From positions 15,767 to 79,766 of the forward strand of contig JAKSIR010000001.1 of NCBI GenBank assembly GCA_024398695.1: a DNA stretch of 64,000 nucleotides, given 5' to 3'. The notes under the pieces were generated by a model. The model ran no database searches. It was not told the DNA's origin and saw only the letters and a program-made list of their open reading frames with translations. Shown piece by piece: positions 62,591 to 64,000 of the stretch. The number at the start of each line of letters is the position of its first letter. Position 1 is the first letter of the stretch. The stretch is from Bacteroidaceae bacterium (GTDB lineage Bacteria > Bacteroidota > Bacteroidia > Bacteroidales > Bacteroidaceae). The translations under genes and the position numbers were made by a program.

Positions 62591-64000
62591 ATGAAGAAAG
62601 AAGTAAAGTTCAGCCTTGTCTACCGCGACATGTGGCAGTCATCAGGCAAGTACGTTCCACGCAAGGACCAGTTGGCAAAGATTGCCCCTGTCATCATTGA
62701 CATGGGCTGCTTTGACCGCGTAGAAACCAACGGCGGTGCCATGGAGCAGGTAAATCTGCTGTATGGCGAGAATCCTAACCAGGCGGTGCGTACCTTTACC
62801 AAGCCTTTCAACGAAGTCGGAATCAAGACCCACATGCTTGACCGCGGTCTGAATGCCCTCCGTATGAACCCGGTACCGGCCGATGTACGTCAGCTCATGT
62901 ACAAGGTGAAGCACGCACAGGGCGTTGACATTACACGTATATTCTGCGGTCTGAATGACCCGCGCAACATCATACCTTCAATCAGGTGGGCAAAGGAGGC
63001 CGGCATGACCGCACAGGCCACAATGTGCATCACCTACTCGCAGGTACACACAGCCGAATACTACATCAACCTGGCCGAGCAGCTCATTGAAGGCGGTGCT
63101 CAGGAAATATGTCTGAAGGACATGGCCGGAATCGGCCGACCTGCAATGCTGGGCAAGATTGTAAGCGCCATCAAGTCACAGCACCCTGACATCGTAATCC
63201 AGTACCACGGCCACAACGGCCCGGGTTTTGCCGTAGCCAACATGTTCGAGGTTGCAAAGGCAGGATGCGACGTTCTGGACGTTGCCATGGAGCCTCTGTC
63301 ATGGGGCAAGGTTCATCCCGACGTAATTACCATTCAGTCAATGCTGAAGGATGCAGGATTCCTTGTAAAGGACATCAACATGAAGGCTTATATGGAGGCA
63401 CGCAGCCTTACCCAGAGTTTCATGGATGACTTCCTTGGCTACTGGATTGACCCCAAGAACTCGCTCATGAGTTCACTGCTCGTAGGCTGCGGTCTTCCCG
63501 GAGGCATGATGGGTTCGCTCATGGCCGATCTCAAGGGCATGCACGCCGCCATCAACACCAACCTCAAGAAGAAGGGTGAAAAGGAACTTTCAGAAGACGA
63601 ACTGCTTGTAGAACTTTTCGACGAAGTTCAGCGCATATGGCCTATGCTCGGCACGCCGTGTCTGGTAACACCTTTCAGCCAGTACGTCAAGAACGCAGCT
63701 CTGATGAACCTGTATTCAAAGTCAATGGACGAGAAACCTTTCACACGCATGGATCCCGCCATGTGGGGTATGGTTCTGGGCAAGTCAGGCAAGCTGCCCG
63801 GCGAACTTGCTCCTGAAATCATTGCTCTGGCAAAGGAACAGGGAAAGGAATTCTATACCGATGACCCGCAGGTCCTCTACCCCAACGAACTTCCGCGTTT
63901 CGAAAAGGAAATGGCCGAGAACGGCTGGGACCGCGGTCAGGACGACGAGGAACTGTTCGAATTCGCTATGCACGAAAAGCAGTATCGTGAGTACAAGTCA
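62591..64000 (+). CDS. carboxyltransferase subunit (oxaloacetate decarboxylase alpha / methylmalonyl-CoA carboxyltransferase 5S family), 3' end outside window
   Basis: This gene is absent from the ORF track because it has no stop in the window. My own translation from ATG 62591 gives MKKEVKFSLVYRDMWQSSGK...VETNGGAMEQ...ICLKDMAGIG...QYHGHNGPGF...TPFSQYVKN, and the frame is open for all 470 codons to the window end. Confidence 0.85.
   Translation, partial: MKKEVKFSLVYRDMWQSSGKYVPRKDQLAKIAPVIIDMGCFDRVETNGGAMEQVNLLYGENPNQAVRTFTKPFNEVGIKTHMLDRGLNALRMNPVPADVRQLMYKVKHAQGVDITRIFCGLNDPRNIIPSIRWAKEAGMTAQATMCITYSQVHTAEYYINLAEQLIEGGAQEICLKDMAGIGRPAMLGKIVSAIKSQHPDIVIQYHGHNGPGFAVANMFEVAKAGCDVLDVAMEPLSWGKVHPDVITIQSMLKDAGFLVKDINMKAYMEARSLTQSFMDDFLGYWIDPKNSLMSSLLVGCGLPGGMMGSLMADLKGMHAAINTNLKKKGEKELSEDELLVELFDEVQRIWPMLGTPCLVTPFSQYVKNAALMNLYSKSMDEKPFTRMDPAMWGMVLGKSGKLPGELAPEIIALAKEQGKEFYTDDPQVLYPNELPRFEKEMAENGWDRGQDDEELFEFAMHEKQYREYKS

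Noticed and set aside
1-64000. A search by eye for tRNA, rRNA, tmRNA, RNase P, integrase, transposase and CRISPR-Cas features across the window.
   Set aside because: Nothing was recognised: no cloverleaf-like GTTCRANYC/T-loop contexts at the island borders, no rRNA-like stretches, no recombinase motifs in any ORF. A tRNAscan/Infernal run would be needed to be certain.

Overview
A 64 kb chromosomal segment that looks like Bacteroidota/Bacteroidales. That assignment is an inference from several TAnnTTTG -7 boxes, the ileS-dksA-lspA-DUF4296 and TonB-receptor/DUF4249 neighbourhoods, and an rseC-rnfBCDGEA operon. Most of the window is GC-rich housekeeping DNA: ileS, hisH-hisA-hisF-hisIE, ftsE-like, lysC-lysA, lepA, yebC, pheT, dnaB, ispE, the full Rnf complex with a lipoprotein double-FMN-bind/FAD reductase, rpsP, ettA, a second ABC-F protein, and an acyl-ACP thioesterase. 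It also holds a TPP-riboswitch-controlled TonB receptor plus PnuT thiamine uptake unit and a 3'-truncated carboxyltransferase gene. No rRNA, tRNA, CRISPR array, integrase or transposase is visible. The outlier is a roughly 13 kb low-GC block (about 42.08-55.1 kb). Hand counts of single 60-nt lines gave 30-38% GC inside and 50-63% outside. The block opens with a hicAB toxin-antitoxin pair and a roughly 330 nt structured non-coding leader. An eight-gene, tightly packed same-strand operon (43151-54825) follows. It encodes five FHA domains in four proteins, a membrane PP2C phosphatase and two Hanks Ser/Thr kinases, one fused to about 20-25 YD-like repeats. It also encodes a trypsin-like protease tethered to two FHA domains, a secreted YbjN-like protein and a secreted C1 peptidase. 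This operon does not match the FHA/PP2C/kinase contexts I know of and is the main candidate for an undescribed system. Secondary oddities are a 356 nt convergent overlap between the asparaginase and an AAA ATPase gene, three 32-bp-phased direct repeats, and an Rnf-linked extracytoplasmic flavoprotein. All calls come from reading the translations and sequence by eye; no database search was run.
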